This document shows, one piece after another, positions 10,009-22,414 of a DNA stretch of 64,000 nt. Source of the DNA: Gekko japonicus (lineage: Eukaryota); the NCBI RefSeq assembly GCF_001447785.1, contig NW_015161975.1, forward strand, positions 227,320 to 291,319, written 5' to 3'. The notes beneath the pieces are model-generated. The model saw only the letters and a program-made list of their open reading frames with translations. It made no database searches and was not told where the DNA came from. Positions within the stretch are counted from its first letter, which is position 1. Each line of letters begins with the position of its first letter. Made by a program: the position numbers and the translations under genes.

Positions 10009-13000
10009 GTGAGGCCTCGCAGGGGGAGGCAGGCTGGCAGGCAGCCGAAGGGGGGCATGCGCATCCAAGGCTCCCTCTCTTGAGCCGCGGAGCCTTGTGA
10101 GCAGAAATCCTGCTTCCTGAGCTCAGCGGGCATGAAAGTTGGGAGCCATGAGCCATTTGGCTGCTGCATAAAATCAGTTTCCTCTGGAGCCCCGTCCCTT
10201 CCTGAGCTGAGACAAAAACGTGTGAGCTGGAGGCTGAAGAAACTGAGCTGGCTCGCACTAAACTCAGCTTAGAGGGAACGCCGGTTGCATTGCATGCCCC
10301 CCCCCCCCAGCCGGCCGAAGGGTGCCATCCCGTGCTCCCCCTAGGCTGTGNNNNNNNNNNNNNNNNNNNNNNNNNNNNNNNNNNNNNNNNNNNNNNNNNN
10401 NNNNNNNNNNNNNNNNNNNNNNNNNNNNNNNNNNNNNNNNNNNNNNNNNNNNNNNNNNNNNNNNNNNNNNNNNNNNNNNNNNNNNNNNNNNNNNNNNNNN
10501 NNNNNNNNNNNNNNNNNNNNNNNNNNNNNNNNNNNNNNNNNNNNNNNNNNNNNNNNNNNNNNNNNNNNNNNNNNNNNNNNCTTCCGCTTTTGCATCACCT
10601 CGGAGGGGAGCCCGCCGAAGGGTTGCATCCAGTGCTCCCTCTAAGCGTGGGGTCTTGTGAGCAAAAATTCTACTTTGTGAGCTCAACTGGCATGAAAGCG
10701 GTGAGCGAGAGATTGGGCTATACTGCGTAAATAAGTCTGCTCTGGAGCCCCGTCCTTCCTGAGCTAGAACAGAAACGCATGAGCCGGAGGCTAAAAAACC
10801 GTGAGCTGGCTCGCACTAAACTCAGCTTAGAGGGAACACTGCTTGCTATGGTGTTTGAAGGTTAAAAGTCCGCTTACTGGGACTCTGTGGATCTTAGCCT
10901 TGCAGGCTGTGTGCCAGGTTTCAGGCCTGACGTACGTGGTAGAAAAGGTGTGAAAAGGAACAAAAAGGTGTGAGACGGAGGCTAAAAGACTGTGAGCTGG
11001 CTAAACTCAGCTTAGAGGGAATGCACTAAACTCAGCTTAGAGGGAATGCCGGTTGCATTGCATGCCCCCCCCAAGCCTGCCGAAGGGTTGCATCCAGTGC
11101 TCCCTCTAAGCTGTGGGGTCTTGTGAGCAAAAATTCTACTTTCTGAGCTCAGCTGGCATTAAAGCAGTGAGCGAGAGATTGGGCTATACTGCGTAAATCA
11201 GTTTGCTCTGGAGCCCCATCCCTTCCTGAGCTAGAACAGAAACACGTGAGCCGGAGGCTAAAAAACCGTAAGCTGGCTCGCACTAAACTCAGCTTAGAGG
11301 GAACACTGCTTGTTATGGTGTTTGAAGGTTAAAAGTCGGCTTACTGTGACTCTGTGGATCTTAGCCTTGCAGGCTGTGTGCCAGGTTTCAGGCCTGACGT
11401 ACGTGGTAGAAAAGGAATCCAATTTTTTCCTGTGTAGGCTTATGGAAGAGGATCTCCGTGCAGTTATTGTATATCAGCTGTTACAGCATCCTGCATCCTT
11501 TCCTGTCATGTCTTTGTGACATCTCATTGCCCTGTAGTCTGCTCAGGAACACCTTCTTGGATTTTAGTTGCACCTTGGCTCAGTTGCTTGCTCTTTCTCT
11601 GAAGAATTCCTAAGAAGTTTTATTTGTAGGTAGACTGCTCCCAACAGGGAGTCTCCACTCCCAATTGCAACAGCTCTCTATCTCAGTCTCTGCCCTTCCT
11701 CCATGGGACTCACAGGAGGGCAGGAGGTTCTCCTCTCTTAAGAACATAAGAGAAGCCGATGTTGGATCAGGCCAATGGCCCATCCTGTCCAACACTCTGT
11801 CTGTCACACAGTGGCCAAGAATACCAGGGGCCCTTAGGAGGTCCAGCAGTGGGGCCAAGGACACCAGAAGCCCTCCCACTGTTGCCCCCCCCAAGCACCA
11901 AGAGGACAGAGCATCATCTGCCCCAGAGTCCCTATCTATACCTCTGCTCCATATGCTTATCTAATGCCCTCTTGAAGCCGTCCAGGCTTCCATATTAGGC
12001 CCCCAGCAGCCCAGTGAAGTAAGTGAGGCCGAGAGAGATCGTGTGTGCGTCTGGTCCCCAAATGCCCCACAGCCTTCGCAGCCCCCGTTTCCCTGGGCCT
12101 AGCACTGCCACGCTCCCTTGGTGACTCTCTGTCTCTTTTGCACAGGTTTCCTGCACCTGGGGGGCCTGCGGACGGCTTTGTACAACTACATTTTTGCCAA
12201 AAAGCACGGAGGACGCTTCATCCTTCGGCTGGAAGACACGGACCAGAGCCGGATCGTGCCCGGAGCCGCCGACGGGATCGAGGACATGCTGGAGTGGGCA
12301 GGTGACCCCTGTTGGCTTCCTTCGGGCCCCTTCCCCTCTTTCTCTGCGGTTGTCCCCAAATCGTTAATCTCATCAAACGGGTACCGGCTGTCTTCTCCTG
12401 TAAGTGGAACCCAAACCCTTTTCCTCTCGACTCGGCCAGAGCCGCTCCCAGAGAGGAGGACGAGGAACCTGCCCTTTGCCTCCCTGGCCAGCATGCTCTT
12501 AGGAACTGGGAAGGAAGCCGCGGCTCTCTGGCCTCCCTCCCACAGGGCTCCTGCGACAAAGAGGTGCAGGGGTGGGACGAACAACGGGGGCTCTCCTTCA
12601 TGCAGCAAATGACCCCAGTCGGAGCGCCCTTCTCTCTGGCCGGCCACCACGCCGACTGTCCCCCTCTCTGCCGCGCTGATCCTCTTGTCCGACCCGCTGT
12701 GAGTGCGTAGCTGGCGGCCACCCACCCAAAAGAGCTCGTGAGGAAGCTGGAGCGTCTCTCCGAGCCCACCCCCCCCGAGTTCCCGCACAGTTGCCCATGA
12801 AAGGTCTTGCGGGCCCCACAGAGATGGGATTCTCATGTGTGTGCAAGGACATCTGGCCACCGCCTGTGTGGATGGACTGGACTCCTGCTCGGGCCTGGAG
12901 CCAGGATCTGGTGGCTTGTGGGGCCGAGGTTCTCAGTGCGGAAAGGAAAGCCAGAATTCTGAGGATTCTGCATAGCTGTTCTTAACCGTTTAGCCCAGTG

Positions 13001-16000
13001 GTGGCGAACCTATGGCTCGGGTGCCAGAGGTGGCACTCAGAGCCCTCTCTGTGGGCACACGTGCCATCGCCCCAGCCAGGCCCAGACCATCATTAAAGTG
13101 TCGAATTCTCTGCCAAATAATGTTAAGTAAATGAAAGCATTTGGGATTGCTTTCCTTACTTTGTTTGGATCATCTTAAGTTAATGTATGAGTTGTTTTTT
13201 CTAAAGTAAAACCTCAGTATTCAGGTTAAATTGCCGTGTTGGCACTTTGCGATAAATAAGTGGGTTTTGGGTCGCAGTTTGGGCACTCGGTCTCTAAAAG
13301 GTTCGCCATCACTGCCATATGGTGTTCATTTCCAGCGTTGATCTTACTCGACGTGCACAGGCTGTCGATAATTCAACAGGAACCAGGCTATACAGTAGTT
13401 ACTAGTGATGGTACTAGAAATGTGCACCTAAGAACACATGAATGCAGACAGCATTTCTTCCTGTTCCAATTCTCTCTCTCTCTCATATGCAGGCATGTGC
13501 CCAGCTCTGCCAGACTCCCTGCTATTGCCCTTGGCTCCCTCCCCGTTGCCCGCCAGGCTCCCCCCTGGTTCTGGACGGATGCGGGTGCTGCAATATATGT
13601 GCTCGCAGGCTGGGAGAGCCCTGCAACCACCTTCATGTGTGTGATCAGAGCCAGGGTCTCGTCTGTGACTACAGCACTGCTCCTGCCGGGAGAAGAGGAG
13701 AAGGCACCTGCAATTGTGAGTTGACGGTCAGTCTTTTCAGGAATCCCTGAGGCACAAAGGGAGGGGATGTCCTTAAAGCTAGATAAAGCCATATCCTTTT
13801 TTGTTTCTCACAAAACAGTGGCCAGTAAACCAGCTCTCTCCTTTGGCCTTCTCCTGTTTTTACATATTTGGAAGTTCTGAACTTCAAATCAAGAGTTGGG
13901 CCAGACTGTAGATTTCACATATTCCCACCATTTGGTGGGCATCTTCACTGGGAAAGGATAAGGCTCTTGCAGTCGCATCAATCTAACTTGGTAATGACTG
14001 TTCAGAAATTGGGTACACACTACGGGCTTCCTTTTACGTCACCACCGTTTAGGGGCACCCACCAACAACCTGGCCGCTGCATTCTGCACCAGCTGCAGCC
14101 TCCGAATTTGATTTTTATCCCGTCCATTCCGGCCTAAGCTGGTAACCAGGTAAAAGTTATCATAATAAATAAAACATAGTACATAAAAACATTAATGCAA
14201 TACAATAGTATAAACAATATTAAAATCAGATATTTTAAGGTGCTAGCAATTCCAGTATTTACTTTAGTTCTATTGGTCCACTGCGATTGTGGGGGAGAGG
14301 GGTGGGGGGCTGGGCCAGGCAGTAGTCACTGGGACCTGTGGCTCAGGGCTTCCACCATGGTTATCGGTTATTACTAATAGCACTGTTGATGGTTGTACTG
14401 GTGGTGGTGGTGGCAGCTCCACAGGCCTGGCGGAAGAGCTCCGTTTTACAGGCCCTGTGGAACTGTGAAAGGTCCCTGACAGTTCTCAGCTGCTCCTGCA
14501 AGTTAATCCCTTCTGCCAGCCTAAGCAACGGTTCTGAGAACAAGCTGGCAGGTGGGAGGGGTGTGTGTGACTTCTACAGTCAAAAAAGCTAACACTTAGG
14601 CAGAAAAACCCTCTTAAAGGAGACCAGTTTCTTGACCCAGAGTTAGAAGGTGTCCTAGAGGTCACCTACTCCAACCCCCTTGCTCAGTGCGGGAACTAGG
14701 CAACTGCAGCACCCCACTCTGCTTAAAGGAACAGACACCTTTTAAAAAGTGTTTTAAAATGATAGGAAAAAAAGCATTTACAGAAGAAATTCTTGGGGGG
14801 GGGGCTGTGCCTTTAAGAAAGCCCCACCGTGCCTACAGGCCTGCTCCTGCTCAGAGCCCAGTTTGGTACGTGGCGAGAGTATTTGCTGAGCTCCGATACT
14901 GACTTGTTCTGTAGGCAGGTCTCGGGGCGGTCGTAACAAACGTGGCTCACCTTTGGGAAGGATGAGGGAACTTACTCATCCTCCCGTTCTGGCTCTCCCC
15001 TCCCAGGTATCCCTCCCGACGAAAGCCCTCGCCGGGGCGGGCCGGCCGGCCCTTACCAGCAATCTCATAGGCTCGATATCTACAGAGAAGCCGTCGAGCG
15101 GCTGCTTGAGGAGGGGTCCGCTTACCGCTGCTTCTGCACACCCCAGCGCCTGGAGCTCCTGAAGAAGGCCGCGCTACAGAACCAGGAGACGCCACGGTAA
15201 GGGCTTGTGGCATGGGTGGGGGAGGCCCCCCCGGGGCCTCGCCCGCCTCTCACAGCCTCGCCACCAAAGGTCTCGTAGATCCCCACTTTGTGTTATTCCT
15301 TAGTTCTGTCGATCTGTCAGCTTCTTCAGGAACCACTCAGACGCAATAAGTCCTTTTACAGGTTTTATTGAGAAAACCGATTTAGTTGCTGTGCAGTTGA
15401 ACTTTTTGACAGAACTAAGGAATAATACAAAGTGGGAATCTACGAGGCCTTTGGCCCAGCCCTCATTCATACGTCATGATTATGTAGTCCGTAGACAGGT
15501 TAATACAGTGCAATTGGGACGGGGTGTGAATGTTATCACTTGAGTCTCTCCGCAAGGCCATGAGAATGAGAAGCAGCGAAAGTTCCCTCCGGCCTTTGCG
15601 GAGGATGCTTCCTTTTCACAGAGGTACAAGCGCAGCTAATCTACGGTTCACACAGGCATGTCTCAGTCGCCCCCTCTCCCAGGGATGTCAGAGGAGGACC
15701 TTGCAGACAGATTGATACGATGCCAGCAGGTGCTAAACGGGAACTTGGGAACTACAGGCGGGGAGGGAGAACAGCTGGCGGAGCAATAACAGAGCATACC
15801 TGTGTACATCAGAGAACCCTAGTGACAGGGAGGATGGCCCGGGCAAGGGTCCGGTTCTGACAGTGGGTCAGCTGAGTGCCTGGGGTGAGCCCCACGCGGG
15901 CTCAGCTGGAACGGGCGCAGCCCCTCGCACGTCTGTCTGAGCCTCTCCCCTGGTTTCCCTGCCTCTGCAGGTATGACAACAGGTGCCGCCACCTGACCGC

Positions 16001-19000
16001 CAAGCAGGTGGCCGAGAAGGTGAGCCAAGGGGCCGACTCCGTGGTGCGGTTCCGCCTGGAGGAAGGGTCGGAGCCCTTCCACGACCTGGTCTACGGCTGG
16101 AGCCGGCACGAGGTGGCCAGCGTGGAGGGGGACCCGGTGATCCTGAAGAGCGACGGCTTCCCCACCTACCACCTGGCCAACGTGGTGGACGACCACCGGA
16201 TGGGGGTCAGCCACGTGCTGCGGGGGGCCGAGTGGCTGGCCTCCACCTCCAAGCACCTGCTGCTCTACCGGGCCTTCGGCTGGGACCCCCCCTGCTTCGG
16301 CCACCTGCCCCTCCTCCTCAACGCGGACGGCAGCAAGCTCTCCAAGCGGCAGGGCCACGTCTACGTGGAGCAGTTCGCGCGGGACGGCTGCCTGCCGGCG
16401 GCACTGATGGACGCCATCACCAACTGCGGCTCTGGGTTCACGGGTAAGGCTGCCCTTGGGGAGGGGGGAATTCTCTGCCGGAGAGGCTGACGAGGCCGAG
16501 AATCCAGGGCTCCCTCTAAGCTGTGGAGTCCTGTGAGCAAAGATTCTACTTGGTGAGCTCTTGGCACTAAAGTTGTGAGAGAGCGATTGGGCTACCCCAT
16601 AAATTAGTTTGCTCTGGAGCCCTCTTCTCACTCTGCCAGCTTGCTCTGGCCTCTCTTGCTCCTTCCCAAGAGCCGTGGTTCTAATAAGAGCTGTTCTTGA
16701 AAAAAGAGCAGTTTCTGTCAGAGCTCTCTCGGCCCCACCTGCCTCACAGGGTGTCTGTGGTGGGGAAGGGAAGGGAAAGGAGTTTGTAAGCTGCTCTGAG
16801 ACTCCAAGTGAAGGGCAAGGGGAATAAATCCAATCTCTTCTCCTTTTCTCCTTCTCCTTCTTGAGCTGAGACAAAAAATGTGTGAGCGGGAGGCTAAAAA
16901 ACTGTGAGCTGACTCACACGAACTCAGCTTAGGGGGAACATTGGCGAGACCCTCTTCCACAGGGGCCGGGTTCCTCGGAAGGTGGTCCGTGGACCACCTT
17001 GGCCTTGCCAAGCTCTTCTCGCTCTGCCGGCCTGCTCTGGCCTCGTCTCTCCGGCCCGCCTCTCCTTCTCCCTCCCAAGAGGCAGGGACCGGGTCTCACA
17101 CCCCCCCCCCGCCCGAGGGAAAGTGCTGCAGCGGGGAGAGAGGAGGCTGCAGGAGGAACTCGGTGGGCTGGCTGCTGTCTTCCCCAGGGAACCGGATGGG
17201 AAGGACGCTGGAAGAGCTGGTGGCTGAGTTCGACGTGGGCAAGATCGAGAAGCACTCCGCCCTGCTGGATCTGGGGAGGCTGAGCGAGTTCAACAGGTAG
17301 AGCTGGTGGGGGGGGGGGGCTGTACACCTCCCCGGGTGCTTCACATCACCTTCTGGATGCCGTCCTGGTTGGGTGACCCAGGGTCCCGCCTCCCCGGCAT
17401 TCCAGCTTTCCTGCAGCCTTATTCTTTCCGCAGGGAAGCCCCCATCCTCATTTTCTTTCCCCCTTCTTTTACCAGAGCAGCCAGGACCCAGGCTTGGGGG
17501 GGGGGGGGGAGACTTCACGGATGGGCTGCTACTGGCCTCGCTGAAAGACTCGTTCAGTATCCTCATAATCCTTGGGGGTCTCATATTGCTGCCATATTTT
17601 TAAAGCTTTGTTGGTTGTTTACTTAAGAGCATAAGAGAAGCCATGTTGGGTCAGGCCAATGGCCCCTCCAGTCCAATGCCCTGTGTCACACCATGGCCAA
17701 AACCCAGGGGCCGTCAGACTTCAGGAGCCCCCCCCCCTCTTGTCCCCTCAAGCACCAAGAATACAGGTCATCCCTGCCCCAGACATAAGAACATGAGAGA
17801 AGGCAGGTTGGATCAGGCCAGTGGCCCATCTAGTCCAACACTCTGTGTCACACCATGGCCAAAACCCAGGGGCCGTCAGACTTCAGGAGGGCCCCCCCCA
17901 CTCTTGCCCCCTCAAGCACCAAGAATACAGGTCATCCCTGCCCCAGACATAAGAACATGAGAGAAGGCAGGTTGGATCAGGCCAGTGGCCCATCTAGTCC
18001 AACACTCTGTGTCACACAGTGGCCAAAACCCAGGGGCCGTCAGACTTCAGGAGGGCCCCCCCCACTCTTGCCCCCTCAAGCACCAAGAATACAGGTCATC
18101 CCTGCCCCAGACATAAGAACATGAGAGAAGGCAGGTTGGATCAGGCCAGTGGCCCATCTAGTCCAACACTCTGTGTCACACAGTGGCCAAAACCCAGGGG
18201 CCGTCAGACTTCAGGAGGGCCCCCCCCACTCTTGCCCCCTCAAGCACCAAGAATACAGGTCATCCCTGCCCCAGACATAAGAACATGCAGCAATTAAATA
18301 TTACAATTGAAATAGTATTAAAATAACAATTTACACATAAAAGACCCTGTAAACAAATAGGTGATCAGATGACCAATCAGGATCAGGCCAGTGGTGGACA
18401 ATTGGCCAGAAAAGCTGGACCAGAAAAACTAGTGCCAGAGAAGAGTGGGGGGGACGTCCGTTGCCTCAACCAAATGCCTGGCGGAAGAGCTCCGTCTCGC
18501 AGTCCCTGCAGAACGGCAATAAGTCCCGCAGGGCCCTGATCTCATAGGAGAGGTCATTCCACCAGGCAGGGGCCAGGGCTGAGAATGCCCTGGTCGTGTT
18601 TGAGGCTAGTCGGACGTCCCTGGGGCCGGGGACACTAACAGAGTCCCCATCTATACCTGGGGGCTAATAGCCCTTGATGGACCTCTGCTCCATATGCTTA
18701 TCCAGTCCCCTCTTGAAGCTGTCAGTGCTTGTAGCCGCCACCACCACCCCTTCCAGTCGCAGTGAGTTCCAGGTGTGAATATGACTCTTTGGGTGAAGGG
18801 TGTTCCTCGAATGTACTTGGCTGGGTCAGCCTGGGGTGACTGAGGTTCCAGCAGGTTCTGTGATTACCCAGAATCCACCTGGCCCGGCAGATCGGGGACG
18901 AGAGGAGGCGGCCTGATTTGGTGGCGGAGGTGCAGGCGTCGGTGGAGCGGGTCTACGGGGCCCAGCTGGTGGACAGAGGGGTTCTCGAGAAGGCTTACGT

Positions 19001-21050
19001 CGAGCAGGTGCTTCTGCTGAGGAGGGTAAGCCGAACGCTGTCCGGGTTCTCCTCTTGGAGTCACCCTTCGCCTGCACTTTGGCCCAAGCACGCTCTGCCA
19101 GACGGGCAGTGACCCCGTTCACTCTGCCTGCGGACTCTCTGTCTATTATGGCCGCCGAGTGTTTTTCGAAAGTGTGTGGGGGGGGGAGGTGTCGTTTTTG
19201 CCCGGCCGGGGCTCTCACTGGCTGTGCACCCCAACTGCCACCACGGCCCAAAGATCTCCACTGCGGGGCTGAAGAAAAGCTCTGTGTGAGCAAGGAAATC
19301 CTTTTAAGCAACCCGTTAGCTGCGGTGGCTCAAGTGGTTAAGACGCTGAACTGCAGGCTGCGGAAGGTCGTTAGTTCAGCAGATCGAGACCCAGGTTGCC
19401 GCATGACGGAGTGAGCTCCCGTCTCTAGTTCCAGCTCCTGCCAACCTAGCAGTTCGAAAGCAAGACATTGCAAGTAGATCAATAGGTACCACTTTGGTGG
19501 GAAGGTAACAGCGTTCCGTGCGCCTTGGTGTTTAGTCATGCCGGCCACATGACCACGGAAACGTCTTCGGACAGCGCTGGCTCTTCGGCTTTGAAACGGA
19601 GATGAGCTCCGCAACCCTAGAGTTGGACTCGACTGGCTTTCGAGCAAGGGAACCTTTACCTTTACCTTTGAAGCAGAGCTCCTCCCTGAAATGTTGAAGG
19701 GGTACAGTTAGAGTTATGGTGAACCTCAGTCCTTGGTATTTTGAGACTGGCTCTGCCTCTCACGGCAGCCGTTTTGTGGCTGCATCCACCACCCTGTGCC
19801 CACAGGCTCAAAAACCTTGGGGACCCCTGGTCTGAGAGCCAGTTTGGTGTAGCGGTTAGGAGCGCGGACTCTAATCTGGGAGGACCGGGTTTGATTCCCC
19901 ACTCCTCTTCCACATGCAGCTGCTGGTGTGGCCTTGGGTCAGTCACAAGTTCTTTCAGAGCTGTGTTCTCTCAAGGGCAGTTCTCGGGAGAGCTCTCTCA
20001 GCCCCACCTGCCTCACAGGGGGTGTCTGTCTGTTGTGGGGAGTGGAAGGGAAAGGAGATTGTGAGCCGCTCTGAGACTCCTTCGGGTAGAGAAGGGCAGG
20101 GTATAAATCTGACCTCCTCTTCTTCTGTTGTCTGTCCTTTCTCTTCCAGGGCCACATAAGCCGTCTTCTGGATCTGGTGTCACCCCAATACGCTTTCCTG
20201 TGGATCCGGCCCACGGTGCCTCACGAGGAGCTGCAGGCCATTTCCCTGGAGGCCGAAGAGATAGGCCGGCTGGTCCTTGAGTAAGTTGGCACAGGAGCCC
20301 CTAGCGATGCTCAGGGCCCCCTGGAGAGGTGGGTTCTCTCTTGCGTGGTGGAAACGGACACTGCCTCTGCGTTCGGCTGGGCGGTGCCTTGTGGTGAAGG
20401 GTATCTGGTTCCTGTCCCAAGGTTGCTGGACCAGCCGGTGGCCACCCTCACCGTCGAAGAGCTCAGCAGAGACTTGCGGCGTCTGCCGGAGCGGGTCCAA
20501 GTCACCCAGTACAGCGCCATGATGAAGCTCCTCCGCATGGCCCTCAGCGGCCAGCAGGTGAGCGTCTGGCCCAAAAACTTCCCCGCCTCGGATCCTTCAG
20601 CTTGGGCCGCAGCTGCGTTGGGTGTGTCCGGTGTTTTTATAACAGCCTTCCCGGGATCTTTGGGAATCAGGTCGCAAAACAGCCTGCTTGGAATTTGTGC
20701 CAGTTCTGTGCCCAGATCTGGGCTCTGCCATCTCTCCGGTCCCGTGGGGATGATGGCAGCAAGCTGCCTCATGTGGGCACTGCTGCAGAAGCCAACAGGT
20801 TTAGACGGGCACTGTGCCAGTTCTGTGGGTGCTGCCAGACGGGGCAGCTGCCTTGGTCATCCGGGTGGGAAAGTCCGCCAAGCCCCTGATTTGCCAACAT
20901 GCGGCTTGGCAGACAGGAAATGTCCCCCTGTCCCTGCACCGACGGTAACCCTCTGGTGTGTTTTAGCAAGGACCCAGCGTTGCCGAAATGATGGTCTCCT
21001 TGGGACGTGGAGAAACTCGGGCGCGGATCCGAAGGGCCTTGCGCGGTTAA
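9939..21050 (+). CDS. EARS2: Mitochondrial glutamate--tRNA ligase EARS2, whole-gene span, 9 exons, 500 aa from ATG 9939
   Basis: Exons 9939-10008, 12146-12301, 15007-15196, 15971-16443, 17188-17296, 18872-19025, 20150-20280, 20422-20557, 20967-21050; total 1503 nt in frame. Motifs [14 protein letters not shown] (HIGH), KLSKR (KMSKS), [11 protein letters not shown]. Confidence 0.96.
12146..12301 (+). CDS. EARS2: EARS2 exon 2
   Basis: [35 protein letters not shown]. Confidence 0.96.
12996..13314. mobile_element. hAT-like MITE (family B)
   Basis: TIR CAGTGGTGGCGAACCT / AGGTTCGCCATCACTG; the same 3' end recurs at about 57646-57686; no matching TSD. Confidence 0.7.
13493..13715 (+). pseudogene. 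CCN5: Isolated CCN5/WISP2-like IGFBP-domain exon inside EARS2 intron 2
   Basis: [58 protein letters not shown]...GTCN; GCGCCxxC motif; pyrimidine tract plus AG before, GTGAGT after; no other CCN exon seen in the window. Confidence 0.85.
15007..15196 (+). CDS. EARS2: EARS2 exon 3
   Basis: [22 protein letters not shown]...[11 protein letters not shown]. Confidence 0.95.
15264..15454. repeat. Short element with about 46-bp inverted repeats, possibly Penelope-derived
   Basis: CCAAAGGTCTCGTAGATCCCCACTTTGTGTTATTCCTTAGTTCTGTC and its near reverse complement ending at 15454. Confidence 0.7.
15971..16443 (+). CDS. EARS2: EARS2 exon 4
   Basis: YDNRCRHL...[12 protein letters not shown]...KLSKRQG. Confidence 0.97.
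17188..17296 (+). CDS. EARS2: EARS2 exon 5
   Basis: [11 protein letters not shown]...[15 protein letters not shown]. Confidence 0.94.
17625..18285 (-). repeat. Tandem array of 4 x about 164 bp derived from the CR1 3' UTR
   Basis: ACATAAGAACATG recurs at 17783, 17947, 18111, 18275. Confidence 0.92.
18872..19025 (+). CDS. EARS2: EARS2 exon 6
   Basis: IHLARQI...[10 protein letters not shown]; phases 2/0 fit the neighbouring exons. Confidence 0.92.
19310..19668 (+). mobile_element. Sauria SINE (Squam1-like), near full length
   Basis: tRNA-like head, CCTGCCAACCTAGCAGTTCGAAAGC core, (ACCTTT)n tail. Confidence 0.85.
19834..20125 (+). mobile_element. tRNA-derived SINE (Squam3-like); representative of about 20 copies
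   Basis: A box TGGTGTAGCGG, B box GGTTTGATTCCC, CT-rich tail. Copies near 3625(-), 24837, 30055, 38755, 39122, 49786, 50343-51113, 52958-55301 (mostly -), 58402, 60382. Confidence 0.85.
20150..20280 (+). CDS. EARS2: EARS2 exon 7
   Basis: [21 protein letters not shown]. Confidence 0.94.
20422..20557 (+). CDS. EARS2: EARS2 exon 8
   Basis: [16 protein letters not shown]|gtgag. Confidence 0.93.
20967..21050 (+). CDS. EARS2: EARS2 exon 9 (last coding exon)
   Basis: [13 protein letters not shown]...TAA. Confidence 0.94.
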   Translation, partial: QGPSVAEMMVSLGRGETRARIRRALRG

Positions 21051-21274
21051 CCCACCCTCTGGGGGAAAGAGACACACAGCGACACCGGGGGAGCCTTGCG
21101 TTGGGGCGCGAAGCAAGTTGGACCTCGAAGACTCCCGCAGATCTTGCGAGCCCTTGTGGCGGCGCTCAGCGCATCCTGCAGGAAGCAGCGCTGGGTTTCA
21201 GGACTCGAAGAAACGATTTCCTAATGTAATCTCATAGGTTGTTGTTGGTTCAGTCTTGGGCCTGATGCGGCCAT

Positions 21275-21280
21275 AATAAA
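21275..21280 (+). terminator. EARS2 polyadenylation signal
   Basis: AATAAA about 225 nt after the stop, followed by GT-rich sequence. Confidence 0.6.
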
Positions 21281-22414
21281 AAGCGGACTCAGTCGCCAAG
21301 TGGCAGGGTTTGGTGTTCACATGACGCCACCTGGCCCTCCCTGCAGGGGGGGCGGGGACCCCAGGTCAGAAGGCCACGGGTGAATGGGCCAAACCAGGAC
21401 TCTGGTTCCTCCTAAATAAGCCCCGTGGAGGATGGAAGGATTCTAGCCTGCCTTGGGGCTGGGGTGTTGGGGAAGGAGGGGGGGGGGCTGAATCCTGTTT
21501 CCTTGCTGCACCGTTGCCGTCTGGCCTCCTCCCTCTTTGGTTCCTGTTTTTCTACCCGATTGGGAAACAGAAGGATGGAACGGCCTTCCCAGTTTGAGCC
21601 ACAGCACTTCTTCTTGCCGTTGGAGCGACTGCCGCAGAACAGTTTTGGCCTGGAGGAAAACGCAGGGTCCCCCCCACAACCAGGGTTCCCTCTCAGCTGA
21701 GTCAGTGTGAGCCACCTCACCGTTTTTTGGCCCCCGGCTCACACATTTTTTTTGTCTCGGCTCAGGAAGGATGGGGCTCCGGAGCAAACTAATTTATGCA
21801 GCAGCCCAATCGCTGGTTCACAACTTTAATGCCACGAGCTCACAAAGGAGGTTTTTTTGCTCACGAGACTCTGGCCACAACCGGCCAACCCGCCCGGCTC
21901 CTTGGCCCCCCCCCCCCCGCCCCCCCCACCAACCTGCCAGTCCGTCCTGCTGGTCTCCGGAAGAGCAGCTCCAAAGCTCCCTTTTCCAAAGCTGGGCTGG
22001 TGACATTTGGCTCTCCCTTCCCATCCAGTTGGCGTGAGAGGGAGAGGGCCAGGCCTTCCAGAACCGGGTTTCAGGGGCTGCCCACCCACCCCATTCCGCA
22101 GTCTCCAGTGGCCGTCCCCATCACCACAGGCAGCCAGCCGCACTGCCCCCCTGGCAAGGGATTGCTGGCTGGGGGGGGGCACCGCTAGAGCCACATGCAG
22201 TGATGGGTGGGGGGGGGGCATGGTGCAACCTCACAGGGAACTTTGCCAGCTCCTGAATGCCTGCCCCCAAGTGCCTGCCAGTTCCTGGGCAAAGGTCTGC
22301 CCCCCCCCCCCTGGCAGGTCCTCAGGGGAGTGGGGGCATTCTCTGCCGCACCTGGCTGGTGAAGCCGAAATCCTCACCCCGCCCCTGTGGGGCCCCCTCC
22401 CCCCCTGTTGGGAC

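Noticed and set aside
13442-13750. A complete nested CCN gene
   Set aside because: Only one exon is present; I found no signal-peptide, VWC or TSP1 exons in the window.
17625-18285. Regularly spaced repeats resembling a CRISPR array (also 46147 and 56935)
   Set aside because: No unique spacers, units derive from transposons, eukaryotic context and no cas genes.
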